Source: Phoronis australis
Lineage: Eukaryota > Animalia > Phoronida
Direction of reading: 5' to 3'
DNA: 64,000 nucleotides
NCBI GenBank assembly: GCA_002633005.1
Contig: NMRA01000267.1
Span: 471,939 to 535,938 of the forward strand
In this document: positions 1 to 13,056 of the stretch, in pieces
Layout of the letters: each line of letters begins with the position of its first letter
Numbering within the stretch: the first letter of the stretch is position 1
Program-made: the position numbers and the translations under genes
The notes under the pieces: model-generated
Seen by the model: only the letters and a program-made list of their open reading frames with translations
What the model was told of the DNA's origin: nothing
The model's database searches: none

Positions 1-489
1 TTTTTTTGCCCTTATTTTTCTTAGTCTAGCTTGGTTGTCAGTGGGAATGAAATGGTCAAAAATACAAGAAAGAATAAAGTTTCTGTGCTCATCTGCTGGG
101 CTTTTTATGTGAAATAATTGAAAACATGCCATTCTTTGCATCCTGTTTTTGACAGAGTGAAGAAAAGGTTACAAATCAAGTGATGTGTGTTTTGCTAGGC
201 AAAACCCAGTGAGAACTGTTCTGTGCCTCCATAACTCTGTACAGTCTCTCCCAAAAGATGTCACTGTTATTAGGAGTGTCCTGTCACAGAGTGCCATATG
301 TGACCTACATTGGTATATTGTTATGTAATGGCCATGGAGAATATTAAGTTACTTGACCTTGCACTGCAACAAGCGTCTGTGGTTTTGATTTTAGTGTTAA
401 TAGAGTTGGGGTGGAACATCCAGATTTAGAGTTTGATTTGAGAAAAGTTTTACTTCGTTTTATCTGAAACAAGAATGTTTGTGTGGAAG

Positions 490-543
490 ATGGTACATCC
501 GAGATCTAAGTCTATGGTACATCCGAGATCTAAGTCTATGGTA
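490..543. repeat. Perfect 24-bp tandem duplication (ATGGTACATCCGAGATCTAAGTCT x2 plus partial third copy)
   Basis: Identical units at 490-513 and 514-537, then ATGGTA. Confidence 0.9.
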
Positions 544-3500
544 AGTCTTCCAAATTCCTTAATATTTTGATTATTAAAGTAATTGCAAAATCATGTATCA
601 GCCAGAGTGGTGATTATGGATGGCTAACATGCTTTTATAGAGTCCTAGGAACTATTTCTAATGCAGAAGATAAGGCCAAATACTCGCATCTGTCCCTTCT
701 AAAAATATTTCAAAATCTAACCGCCCTCTTAGTATTATGAGCTGAATAATTCTTTTTACTTTAAAAAATTCTAGGGAATTGTAGAGAAGAATTGCACTTC
801 GTAAGATTTTCCAGATTCACTGCGAAATGATACCTTTGCTGAGAGAATTCCTGACACATGGGTGTCCATTTTGTAGACTGGAACGCTACAAAAGTCCCTC
901 TAAGATGGAATCCCTCGATCAAATAAATAAGCAATAAATGTACATATTACAAATTCTAACAAGAAGCAAATACTGGAAAGCAAATGTACATACTAACAAT
1001 TGCACTTAAACATATCGTGAGGCATTGAGTAAAATCTTCCATAAAACTTTCGCAGTTTGGTCTGGGTTCAGTCCTAAATGTCAACCAAACACTTTTCCTT
1101 AAAAAATATTTTACACTTCAAACAAGCCTGGAACATTAGTGACCAACGGTATAGATGTGCTGTGTTGTTTGCCTGTTCTTTAAATGTGAGTTTTTACTTA
1201 TGTAGCAAGAAACAGTGATTCGTACATGTTTTGACATTGATTCAATGTGAGTGATCTAGTATCAACCTTAGAACATTTTTAACTCTGAAATGAGCCCTTG
1301 GAAATCAGTGACTGAAAACCAAATCTCAAACTTGAAATGGGAAAGTCCAGGGTAAAATAGCTGAAGTTATTTTGTCTCTAAGTTGCCAAAACATATAGGT
1401 TCTCAAATCTTTACTAACCAAGTGCCTAGAATGTGTATTCATTAAACATATTTTCTGTTGTCATTAAAAGTAGGGCACATACACCAGACCAGACCGTGTG
1501 AAAAAATACTTAAAAATATCTTTGAATTATCTTAGTAACTTTGATGTCTGCTTAAATGACAAGGGAGGGAGTCGTCCAAAGGGTCGATTGGTCAATAGTC
1601 TGACAGTGCTATAGTGGGGCGTAGGTACATGTAGGCGCAGCCAACTACATTTTTGCTGATCAACATAGCGCCTACCCACCGGGAGTTATGGTATGCATGG
1701 GGCGTAGTTGCAGCCAACCACCTTTTTACATTTTATCATTGCAACCGCCTTTTTAAGTTAACGTACATGTAGCGTCTGGTATAGTGGGGCGTAGTCTCAA
1801 TACGATAACTTTCGCCATCAATGCCCTACGCCGATGACAGCATCACTATTTGGGTGCGCGCAACCACCAGGCATACATGTATGCTCGCCAAATAATGGAA
1901 TTTTTATTAATATTTCAAGATTAAGAAATAGTTATGGTGTCACGTCCATAGGTGAATAAAGGGGGGAGGGGTGGCGAAGGGCCCTCAGGACACACCCCAC
2001 GAGCGACTGAAAGTCGCTGCCAGCGCATCGTTTCTGTGCGTTACGCTCCTATTTTCCTTTGTAATTATGCTTGGGCCCCCTTCAGAGACCACTTGGATTG
2101 CACGCAGACCTTTGTCTTCGAAAATGTGCTGTTTGACCCTTTTTCTCCGACATCCAAGATCTGCCACTGCAGACTCTATGTAAATACCTACTCATGAGTC
2201 AAAATATATGCCTACATGTTTGTGAGTCAGGTTTTGTGAGTTCAATGCACTTTTAAAATTCAGCGCTCAAAGCGACACCAAGGACATTGGGTGCCTACTT
2301 ACCTATTTTTTTAGCACTCCAGCACTGTAAAATTAAGGGGAATTTTATATGTCGTTACCAACTCGGTATTTACCTAAAATATTTTGCAACATCAAACTAA
2401 ATGTTCGTATCTTGTTCAGGTTGTTTTTCGTTGAATAACCGCAATTTTACGAAAGAGAGCTTTGCCTACTTTACAGAGCTCTACGGAATTTTGAAAGATG
2501 GAGAAAATGGTGTAAAATCAACTGAAATCATGAAGACATTTAACTCTGTAGATTACGGAATAATGTAAAAAAATATTAAAAAAAATTCTATTCCGACTAT
2601 TGACTCTTCGAGCTATAGATTCTATTGTTTTCGGACTAAAGACCCTTTGGACAGCATTTCATTTCATTTGACAGTTCTGATTTTTTTCTGATGAGAATGT
2701 TGTCACTCCTTTCAGTTCAAGTGACGATGACACAGATGAAGGTAAAATTTGGTGCTTGTTTTCTCAAAGTAGGGAAACATGCAACTTCACATGGGTGAGT
2801 TAAGAAGGGGGTGTCAGTTTCACATAAATGAAGTATCATGGGAAATATACATATATATTTTCGCAGATTCTACACATTTCTGCAAGGTTTCCGCTATTTT
2901 ATGTCTTTAAACTCGTGAGTGCGAGGTCATAATTAATGGCTACTTTGATTTAATTCTTTCATAAGCTAACTATAGTGTCATTTTGATCCTTATTCCATCA
3001 GCATAGAGCCTCTTTTTCAGACATACATCAACTAGCATTGTAAAACATTGCACATTTCATTATTTGCAACAGTTTTCTTCCCAACATATTTATTGTTAAC
3101 TAGGTGAACCATTTAATGTAGCAGAACAACTTAAAAACTTTCAAACTCATATTATTGGAAATTTAGAAGGCAGCTTTAAATAGGCCAAACAAATGAATGT
3201 AAATGTAAAGGTGCAGCATAAATCACTGCATTTATAATTTGTTTCAGATGAAGAAGTGATTGATGCCGTTTTCGTCACAAGGTGTTCAGTTCTGCTAAAA
3301 TAATCAAGAATTTTCCGATAGATCGTCTGAAAGGTATGTCATGTAATTGAAATTACTTGTTTTTCAAATTTCACCACACAATATATTTGTAAATTCAAAA
3401 TTTATTTCTTGATGACGTCAAACATATGGTAATACCTTTTCAGCTGTTGTTTCTTTATTGTTTTGTGACGTCTATACGAAATGTGCTGAGATGGGGTTGG

Positions 3501-5909
3501 TCGATCCTGTATTCCGAAGGTTCTTTGATATAGTCTCTTGTGCAAAGGAGCTTTAGTTCGAAAGACTGTCAGTCTGAAAGTGATCTGGGTGATGACATTA
3601 CAACAAATCTTATAGAAGACTGCTGTTTTAGTGCATTTAAGCACAATTAAGAATTACTATGAATGCAAATGATAACGACTTTGTTTTGAAGATTCACGCC
3701 TCTTTCGTCATTTTGCTCTTGTCATCCTAGCCCTGCCACCCACCAATCATGGTCATGGCAATATGGTTACCTGGCACTCGTTCATCCTTGCTAATCAGGT
3801 TTATTCCAAGATATAATGCTCAGTGGACCAATCAGACCAATGGCCCTTCCGACCAAAGACACTTCAGAAAATCAAAGGAAGACAGACTCGGTTTTGACTT
3901 ATCACCACAAAAACATCTTTACCATCCAGGAACAAAATAATGGCCTGTAACTCTCGACAACTCTGAAAAGTTCGGGAAAATTTTGAAACTCTTGAAAGTC
4001 AACTTATGGCAACTGTGTGAAAAGACCACCCACCAAGAACCAAAAGGCGAGATAGGGGTACAAGATTTTAGTAATTCAAGCTCTTTCAAGATTGATGCCA
4101 ATGGCGCATGAGCAGATGACAAAAGCAGGATTGGTTGACATCATTAGAACATGGTTTAATTTCCTTTTTAAGTGAAGCCAAATTTTCACAAACAAACAAA
4201 TTTTTCAGATTAACACTCTTTAGAATTAAGGTCCTTTGGTCTTCAGACCAAAAACCTATAAAAAGGCCACTGCTCCTAAAACGTCTTTCCGACTAACACC
4301 CCTTTGGACTATCGACCAGCAGGGATGCTAAAGGCCCCCCCTAACAGATTTGAACTACAAAGAAATCACAAAAGTATTGTTATTATTATAATTGTTAATG
4401 TTATGTTATTGTTTGTGTAAAATAGTGTATTTTAGTAAGAATGTAGGATCCACGTCTATGCTCTAGTGTGCAAACCTCATAGCTAAATACATGCTCCACT
4501 GGTGACAAATATTCACCATATGAACAAGACGTACGTGTAAAGTAAAACTAAAGATTCCATAACTAAATATATACCTCACAGGAATGATAGCTTTTGCAAT
4601 GTGTGCAAGGATACTTTCCAAATTATAACAGTTCTATTCTAAGTAAATTGTGAAAAGTGTAAAAAAATGAACCTAAGTAGATACCTGTCAGGCCTAATTT
4701 AATAAAATATACAAAAAAAGCCTGTAATATTCCCTAAAATTAAGTCTTAGACACTGTAACAAAAGCTGTTTTATGAGAGCTTTCACAATGCATTTATTAT
4801 AGAAAAGAACATCCTGCCCAGTCTTCAAACTTTTATCATAACAACATGTATGTTTAGAAACTTCAATTGTACTTTCAGGCGATACACTGAATTAATGTCA
4901 ACAAGAGTATGAAGTCTGCAAATGTTTAAGATAAAGGAAAATTTCCAAACTATGCCATGATGGTGAGAGTGATGATGACAATGCGACAGTCTCCATCGAG
5001 GTGGGAAAAGAGTCATTGGGATCTGTTTGTGATGCTCAAAATGATGATAGCAGGACATTTGATAATGGCGTAGCGAAGTTACCAGGATCTGCCCTTGCTA
5101 ATGGTAGTGACAATGAATATTTTAATTATGTTTTTTTGTGTCTTAAGCTATATAGTGCCACCTTCGTTCCTTAGGGTCTTCATCATCACCATCATCACTT
5201 CAATCACAGCCTTTCAGAACCTGAGTTTTGTTAATTAGACACGACAATACAGGCAAATGGCAATGCAGGTTTTACAGTTTAAACATCTTAAAAAATAACT
5301 GCTTTGAGTTATTGAGAATTGTAGTCATTATGTATAAGAGATTTTGTATGTAGAAAGCAAACAACATTTAATTTTAAACTGTCACATTTTCTTTAATTAC
5401 ATTTTTAGTGGTAATTGTTACTAAGATGGTCGGATTCTAAAATTGTGGTGACTGGAAGTCTGCTCAGATGCGCAGGATGAAAGTGTTTGTACATGCATAT
5501 CACAAGCATTGTTCCTATGGATGTATATGTATCCTCTCTTTTTGGTGCCCATCACTTGATTTTAAAGATAATTATGCTATTCATAGTTCACTATGTGCAA
5601 GATCAATAAATGATTAAATGTTAATCTGTGAGAGTTTTTGTTGGCGAATTAAGCACGAAAGTTATTCACAATGGTGTCAACGTATTTGAAGAAGTGTATG
5701 TTTATCAAAGGTATCAACTTACATCGTAAAGTCTGACACAGATAGCGTCACCTGCTCACGTTTCAGAGTAATAAACAGATAAAAGCATCATACATTTCTA
5801 AGTTCGAAAGTGGTAAAATCTTTTGTGGACACATACATGATATTAAAGTGGTCTTTGGAGGAGTGTATTTTGGCACATAAAGACTTTAACCGAATTTGAC
5901 ACATATAAA

Positions 5910-6221
5910 CATGTAGTTGCGGGGCTTGTATATTGGGTGGATTGTAAGAACAGTGGAAAATCGGGATATATAGTGTAGTGGGGCATATATCTAATGGGAC
6001 ATATAAAGTTGCGGGATATATACTGTATACACCTAACGGGACATATATACTTGTGGGCTATATATTGTACTGGGGCATGTACCTAGTGAGGTATATATAG
6101 TTGCGGGATATATATTGTTCCGGGGCATATACCCAATGGGGCATATGTAGTTGCGGGCTATATATTTTATATATACCCCGGAACAAGGTTTCAGAAAATA
6201 ACCCCACATCTGCATATAAAC

Positions 6222-6255
<34 letters not shown>
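5910..6255. repeat. Degenerate tandem repeat (TAGTTGCGGG.TATATA / GGGGCATAT units) ending in a (TA)n microsatellite
   Basis: Recurrent GTTGCGGG and GGGGCAT words; (TA)n at ~6224-6254. Confidence 0.7.
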
Positions 6256-6258
<3 letters not shown>

Positions 6259-7129
6259 TGACCACGGAATCGTTGCTCTTAACATTAACGGTAGATTCTA
6301 TTACGGAAACTGCCGAATTCCTATGGAGCGACATATTGAAATCACGTGATTAATTTGCCATTATACTCATGTTAAATAAGCGCGAAGTCAGTACAGTTAA
6401 ACAAGCCATGTCAGTTAGTGAGCCTGCTTGTCTTGTTTATTCGGTAGCAATATACGAAGACTTTTAACTTTAAAAGCTTTTAAAAAAAGTTCATGTCTTG
6501 TGAAGAACTTCTCGCTTACACTGGTGAGCGCTATGATTCCCTAAACCCCAGACAACTTTTACGATGCTTATTCAGTACGCCCTTTGTATTGATGTAGACC
6601 TGAGCGAATGAAGTGGAAAGTTAATTGCTAGCATTACTATCTCAACAATGGTTGTTGTTAGTACCCCCAGTTTGGTTTTCTCTGATATTTGCAGAGTTAC
6701 AGTATAGCCTGCAACTCTGGAGAGTAGTTTTTACTTGATACATTATAAATATTACAAAATGAATAAAAAAGTTAAGCTGTGTTTATCTCCACAAAGGGCT
6801 ACTTCCCAAAGGAACGATGAGCTTCATATTGGTTTTCTTTATTTAATTTTTAATGCTTCTGCCTACTTGTCTTTTTTCCTTACCGGGAACGGGTTGATAA
6901 CTTTTTGTCTAAGTTTTGAACTTGACGTACCAAAACGATGGTAGATTTTTGATCGCCAGCTAAACTTAATTAGTTATGTTCATTGTGATGCCATCCCTAA
7001 ACTTACCACCTTACAGGTACACTAAACATTTCACGTGTCACTAAAGTTTAATCTTTTTAGAACTTAAATCATAAAATATATTCAAAAGTGCAAATATGGC
7101 GATAACCAAACTGAAGATTTGGAATCACA

Positions 7130-8688
7130 GGACTATTTTCAAAATTCAGTTTTACGACACAAGGTCAAACGTAGGAGGGGCGGATCCACGATTTGAATGG
7201 GGGGGGGGGGGGAAGNTCAAGGGCTTTTTAAAAGGGGGGAACAAGTCAAGAATTTGAAATTATAGATTTGATATCACTAACATCAAGGGAAAAGGGGGTC
7301 TGGATCTCTTGACTGCTTTGCAGCTGCCTATGTGTAGACCATTACGTGCTGGATGGCGTCCTGTGGATTCCTCAGAATACGACTGGTCGAGCAGGACGTC
7401 ATCGTCGTAAACGCTACCGGTTTGACTGAAGATAGCATCTTCTGATTTGTCTGAGTTCCACCTGCATTGGTCTCCGGTTTCATGTTGCCGAGAAGGGGTC
7501 TTACCCCCCTTTTGGCTGCGAAAAATAAACACTAAAATGGCACGGAAATAAGTTTGGTCATTGATCATGTTGCAGCTAATCGTGAGCATGTACTTTAATG
7601 TGTGTACGTGTATTGGGCACAGACATTACATTTTCCTCATGTGAAAAGCTTTTAGACCTTTTTCGCAAATGCCTGCTCTGATTCTACTAGTGTGTGCCAT
7701 TGTATACCCACGTTATCAAGGTTTCATTGAAGCACGTCAATAGTTTCTTTGTTGGGTTGATCCAGATCGACACAGCAGGGTGGCCTAGATATTTTAAACC
7801 TGGTTTTACTGAACCGGCTCCCAGGTCTAACAATACCAGGCTTTCAGACTGTTAAACCATATTGGTGAAATGCAAGTTCAGCCGATTTCATAAAGGTGGT
7901 TTAACAAAACCAGGTTTAAGACTTAATCCTGGTCTTCCTCAACCTGGTATAATTTTAGACTTAACTTGCATTTCACCAACATGGTTTAAAAGTCCGAAAG
8001 CCTAGTTTCGTTAGACCAGGGAGCGGGTTTAGTAAACCAGGTTTAAAGTATCTAAGCCACCCTGCTGTGTCGATCTGGATTAAACCAACAAAGAAACTAT
8101 TGAGGTGCTTCAATGAAGTCTTGATCACGTGGATATACAATGACACTCACTAGTAGAATCAGCGCCAACATTTGCAAAAAAGGTCTAAAAGCTTTTCTCG
8201 TGAGGAAAAATGTAAAATCTGTGCCCAGCACACGTACATGCATTAAAGTATATGCTCACGATTAGCCGCAACATGATAAATGTCCAAATTTATTCCCGTG
8301 CCATTTTAGTGTTTATTTTTCGCGGCCAACTGAAAGGGGGGGGGGCAAGGCTCCTTCCTGGCAACATTAAATCAGAAACCAAAGGAGGTGGAACTGAGAA
8401 GAATTAGAAAATGCTGTTATCAGTCAAACCCGACCAGTCGTATTCTGAGGAGTCCGCAGAACTCCAGCCAGCACGTACTGGTCTACGCATAGGCGGATGC
8501 AAGGGGGCCAATGGGGCCGGACCACCTTTTCTCCTTGATTTTAGTGATATAAAATCTATAATTTTCAAATTTTTGACTTATGCCCCCCTTTTAAAAAGTC
8601 CTTGACCGACCCCCCCTTAAAAATTGTGTGATCCGCCCATTTTACGTTTGATCTTGTGTCCTCGTAAAACAGAATATTGAAAACAGTA
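7130..8688. repeat. ~1.55-kb imperfect inverted repeat (foldback); arms ~7130-7879 and ~7962-8688, spacer ~80 nt
   Basis: CCTCAGAATACGACTGGTCG (~7370) pairs with CGACCAGTCGTATTCTGAGG (~8431); CCAGATCGACACAGCAGGGTGGC (~7762) with GCCACCCTGCTGTGTCGATCTGG (~8056); TTGGTGAAATGCAAGTT with AACTTGCATTTCACCAA at the inner ends. The arms are visibly diverged. Confidence 0.9.
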
Positions 8689-8872
8689 CATTTTCGCTCT
8701 AAAACTGCGTCGCAACTGCACACCGCGGCATCATTCAGTTGCACCTATATCATGCAGGTCTGTCATACTCAACAGTTAAACCTGGGTCTGACCAAGTCTA
8801 AAGTTAAAGCTGGTTTAATATCTTATTACAAGTCTAAACAACATAGACTTAGTTGGTGAAATGAAAACTTAC

Positions 8873-8965
8873 TTAGACCAGTGTCTCTGTGATCGAGGTC
8901 TTGCACTGGTGGTCCTCCTCCAGTTTTTTTGGCACTTTTCCGTGCAGCATCCAACTTTTCCTTGG
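8873..8965 (-). pseudogene. Myb/SANT-like (Myb_DNA-bind_5, NAIF1/Harbinger-type) gene, exon 4: KEKLDAARKSAKKTGGGPPVQDLDHRDTGL
   Basis: Pyrimidine-rich TAG acceptor and GTAAGT donor; 93 nt, phase 1/1. KTGGGP typically follows this domain. Phase matches the upstream exon. Confidence 0.7.
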
Positions 8966-9321
8966 CTATTCAAGGGAAGCAAAAACGTGGTAAGAGATGA
9001 TTTTTATAGAGAGAGGGGAATTGTTCAAAGAAGGTTGCAATCATTATTAGTTATTACACAGTTAAGCTTTCGTTTTATATATACTGTAGGTAGTTGTTTG
9101 CAAACAATCCATCCATCATTGGCATGTGTCATTATATTCAATAAATAACATGATTTTTCTTTATGTTCAATTAGTTATCTGAGTTTCTAATGAAATAATA
9201 CCCAATGGTGAGAAATATTTTTGCCGTTATTATTCAAGCGAACAGTGACGAACCCAACACAAAGCAACAAAATACAAAATCAAAATATGGTATTTTTGAG
9301 TAAAGTTTCACAACAACCTAC

Positions 9322-9386
9322 ATCTTTGCTTAACATTGAAATATTTCTTTCTGCATTCCTCTGCACTTCGCTTCACGCTACCTTGG
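9322..9386 (-). pseudogene. Myb/SANT-like gene, exon 3: SQGSVKRSAEECRKKYFNVKQR
   Basis: TTTTTCAG acceptor and GTAGGT donor; 65 nt, phase 2/1. Matches the third-helix pattern R(S/T)xxxCxKK(W/Y)xNxK. Confidence 0.7.
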
Positions 9387-9421
9387 CTGAAAAAGTAATT
9401 AAACCTTTCACAAATGGAAAG

Positions 9422-10343
9422 CAGAGGCGGCTTTAAGGGGGAGGAGGGCAAGGGCCATAAGGCCCACACGATTGACAGAGCTATTGATGAAATTGGCATA
9501 CGAGTCCCCAAAAAACGGTGTGCCCCGGTTAAACAAATTTTCCCACTACACTGACATCAAAGATAAAAAACGCTGACAAGCACATTTACTTCCCGGTTGG
9601 AGGCCGGGAGCTTATTGATTCACTCCTGCTGTCGCTTCAAATAACTTGCACCGTGGCCGTGTTAGTCAGCCCCACGGGGTGCTCGTCAAACTGAAGAGCA
9701 ATTGATGACAAATCGTGAAGTGACGGGCCCCAGAGGAAATTTGAATTTGCAAACTGAATAAATCCTTGCGTACTTCAATTTTTCGAGTTCAAGTCGCCCT
9801 CATATTTTGACTCAAACGTTCACAGGCTCCTGAGTGACAGCCAATCCTGCGACTTTAAAGATGAGTCGGAAGATAACTTATGGATCATGGGTATTTCACT
9901 TAAGCTACGTAACATTATAAATATTTTAAAAAGAATGTTCACATGTGTACCTTCCAAGGGTGTACGTTGATTATACTCATTATGGCCTATTTTCTGTACA
10001 TGGCTCTAGTTCCAACTGGCAAACGGAAACCTCATCCATCTGATTGGCCCGGTTACTCAAAAGTACAGCATTCGAATTCGGACCAGGAAGTATTTTTTAA
10101 TGAATAGTAATTGCAGCTTCTTTGGCACAAAACATAATTAGTGTGTAAGTTCGCAAACTAAATGCAAACATGAATCGTTTCAACCGTGAAATTTCTCTCG
10201 CTTAAGCCGTACATGCATTTCACCAAAGGTCACGATCTTGCATTCTGGGGTGTACTGGCGGCCAGAAAAACTTAGATCTCTGCACAGTCCTGGCTAAATC
10301 CTACACAGGTACACTCTAAATCAAAATGCTGGATCCGCTCCCG
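9422..10343. mobile_element. Non-autonomous DNA transposon with CAGxGGCGG-type termini and 5-bp TSD (GAAAG); hAT5-like
   Basis: GAAAG at 9417-9421 and 10344-10348 flanks CAGAGGCGGCTTTAAGG...GCTGGATCCGCTCCCG. Subterminal sequence resembles the 10696 and 20143 elements. Confidence 0.7.
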
Positions 10344-10431
10344 GAAAGCGCAATGAATTAAATAATGAAACCACCGTAAATACAGTACCATAAGCTTCTG
10401 AATAAATTTGCAGCCTTCTACAAATACTCAC

Positions 10432-10567
10432 CTACTCATATACACCGCAATCTCTTCCCACGATTTTTGCTTCTTATAAGTAGATGACTTTGCACCACAA
10501 CCTTTGTGGTCTCCAAATAACGAATCTTCTTGGGAAAGCACCTTCTTCTTCCCCGTTCCATAATTTT
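10432..10567 (-). pseudogene. Myb/SANT-like gene, exon 2 (frameshifted): KLWNGEEEGAF/EDSLFGDHKGCGAKSSTYKKQKSWEEIAVYMS
   Basis: CAG acceptor and GTGAGT donor; LFG...K...WEEIA signature. The 136-nt length is off-frame for a phase 2/2 exon, implying an internal indel. Confidence 0.7.
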
Positions 10568-10695
10568 CTGTTTTTTTAATACTTTGCTGGTGGATTGATG
10601 ATTACTGTAAAGTATTTCAATTATACATGTAACTGAACGTATATTTAGCTCACTTTGCCGTATTTGGTATAGGTAATTATTTAAAAAGCACATTC

Positions 10696-10850
10696 CAGGG
10701 GCAGATCCAGGATTTTGAGTTGGGAGGTCAGGGCAGAGTATTAACCAGGATTTTTCCCGTCACACGTTGAGCCCCAAACTTCCAAATGGAATCTGGGAGA
10801 ATTTTGAAAGGGGACATGGCCCTCATTGCTCACCTCTAAATCCGCCACTG
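10696..10850. mobile_element. 155-bp MITE, CAGGGGCAGATCCAGG...TAAATCCGCCACTG, 5-bp TSD CATTC
   Basis: CATTC at 10691-10695 and 10851-10855; imperfect TIRs; an inverted relative lies at 20143-20296. Confidence 0.8.
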
Positions 10851-11300
10851 CATTCGAAAACAGAAATTTTAACTATTTTCAAAGATGTGTATATATATAT
10901 TTTCTTTTGAAAACTTTCAAAGTCACAGTTTAATCTAACAAAGCTTGGCAACCTTTGTTCAACTCCTTAGTAAACAATCAATGAGAGTTTTCTCCTATTG
11001 CAATGAGTTGTACATGCAGGTAACAAAATACAATCACATGCAGGTAACACAAATTCCTCAATCTATCAAACGTTTTTGGATGACACTCGAGCGGACAAAA
11101 ATGGGCATGACACCCAATTTTTGATGGTGTATATCTGGGGTAGAAACCTAAAATATGGCATGTGTTCATTTCCTACTTTTTTGTGAAATTATTATCCAGT
11201 AATGGTGATGAAATGTTTTTGTTTGATTTCGTACGTACCCGATACTTTTTAATTTTTTTCGTGAGTAGTACCCGTTTTGAGATATTTTCGTTAGGGCCAT

Positions 11301-11639
11301 GACAGACTCGGGCCCAAACTACGTAAACATATAGCTAGAGACTCGCGAAAAGATCGCCCCATCATCTGTAAGTTTGTGTCATATAATACCAGAGCTGCTT
11401 TCCTTCACAATAGGAGTCTACTCCGCAAACTGAACTTACCATCCCCGATCTACCTCAATGAAAATCTCACGAAACAACGGTCCCTTCTCTACGCCCGCTG
11501 TCGCCGCCTTGTACAATCTAAAACCATCGCTAAAACGTGGACGCATGACGGTAACGTAACAATACAGCTGCATGATAACAGGATAAAGCAGATTTCCTCA
11601 GAAAGTGACCTTCTAGTGTTAGAAAACTGTGAAGTTTAA
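11301..11639 (+). pseudogene. LINE ORF1 C-terminal remnant (L1 ORF1/Transposase_22-like)
   Basis: DRLG...RPIICKFVSY...IYLNENLTKQRSLLY...KTWTHDGNV is typical of CR1/L2-group ORF1. The frame is open upstream of the track start, and the 5' part is missing. Confidence 0.75.
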
Positions 11640-13056
11640 ATTGTATCCTGCTCTCTCGTCCTATGGTAGTTCATATCCAATTACTCACTGGTGACATCCC
11701 TCACTTTGTTTGCGTTCACTCACCCCACCCCCCATGTCTTGACAGGATCAGGTAATTGTCCTGTCCACTGATACTTATTCAGTTTTCTCCCTTATGTAAT
11801 ACCAGATCACGCACAAGTTTCCTCTCTATCAGTGGTGGTGCACTATATACAGGTCCGTAGCGATCACAACACCTTAAACTGACCACATGCAATAGTAATG
11901 CATTAAATTCTTAATCTGCATCTAAATCATTCTTGTTTGGAGCATGGGTTTTGTTGCTTATTGCCTCTTACTGTTTCCCAGTTCCACCATTACCAAAACT
12001 GTAGTATAGTATCTTTGCAACTGCCTACAGTATGTATTAATGTGGTATTTTTGGTTGTGGTTAAAACATGTTTCCCACATTTTTATTGAATGTGTGACGG
12101 AATTGTACATTGCATGATATTCACATAAGACAATGATTCTTATATGTGAGCTCGGGCCTTAGTGGCAGTCCCTTATATAATTATTTTTTATCTGACTTTG
12201 TGTTTCTCAGAACGTTGATTTTGTGGACAACTCCATACCAAACTGTCTGTCAGGATAAATTTACACGTCACAGATTTTGTGTGGTATTTCTGTTCGGTCA
12301 TGTTATTGACACCTCTCAGTCACTATAATATTGATTTTAATTTCTAGGCACTTGTTCTGTTCTCTGTCAGTCAGGTGCAGAATCTAGAACTACATGTGAT
12401 TTTTGTTGTGGTTTTCAGAATGATTCCCCATATCATTAATTAGTTATTAATGTTTTAGCTTGCCCGTGAAAAAATCACGTTGAGCACTGTCTGTCACCAT
12501 AATTTAGTTTATAATGAGTATCAAGTTGAAATAATCCCAGTGAAAACTGGTGTTTCAATTTGTGAGAAAGTTTAATTCAATTCAGAAGACACCACCGAAC
12601 ACATGAGCTGATCAGTCATTACTGGGTGGCCTATAGTGGTAAGAACTCATAGCTTTTATCAATTCTAAAACGTGTTACAGCTAAGTTGTCCATAGTGAAA
12701 GATCTTCAATACATCTTTTTGTGTTTTCTTCAGCGAATTTGAGTGTTCAAACTCTTATTTTTAACCTTCTTTTGTCCGTTACTATTTGGTCATATTTCCT
12801 CTGTACATATCTTTAGGTCAAGCATTATCTATGTATTTTGTATTCACTTGCAACAGAACTAACTGGTTTCCCAAGATTGAATTCATATGTTGTGCTTTTC
12901 AACTAAGTTGCTATTTATGTACCTGTAAGCGAGCCTATGACATAATTTTGTTTTTTTAAAAATGACTCCCCTAGTTGTCCAGACTACCTTATTCATTTAA
13001 CAACCCTTGAATTTTCAACAAGCATTGGTGTATTAATTGTTAAATACGGCTATCCT

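Noticed and set aside
1-5600. Scattered exon-like and repeat-like fragments (acidic GATGA-rich patches, TTCGGACTAA-type words, GGGGCGTAG/GCAGCCAACCAC words)
   Set aside because: I could not assemble a consistent frame, protein family or element boundaries by eye.
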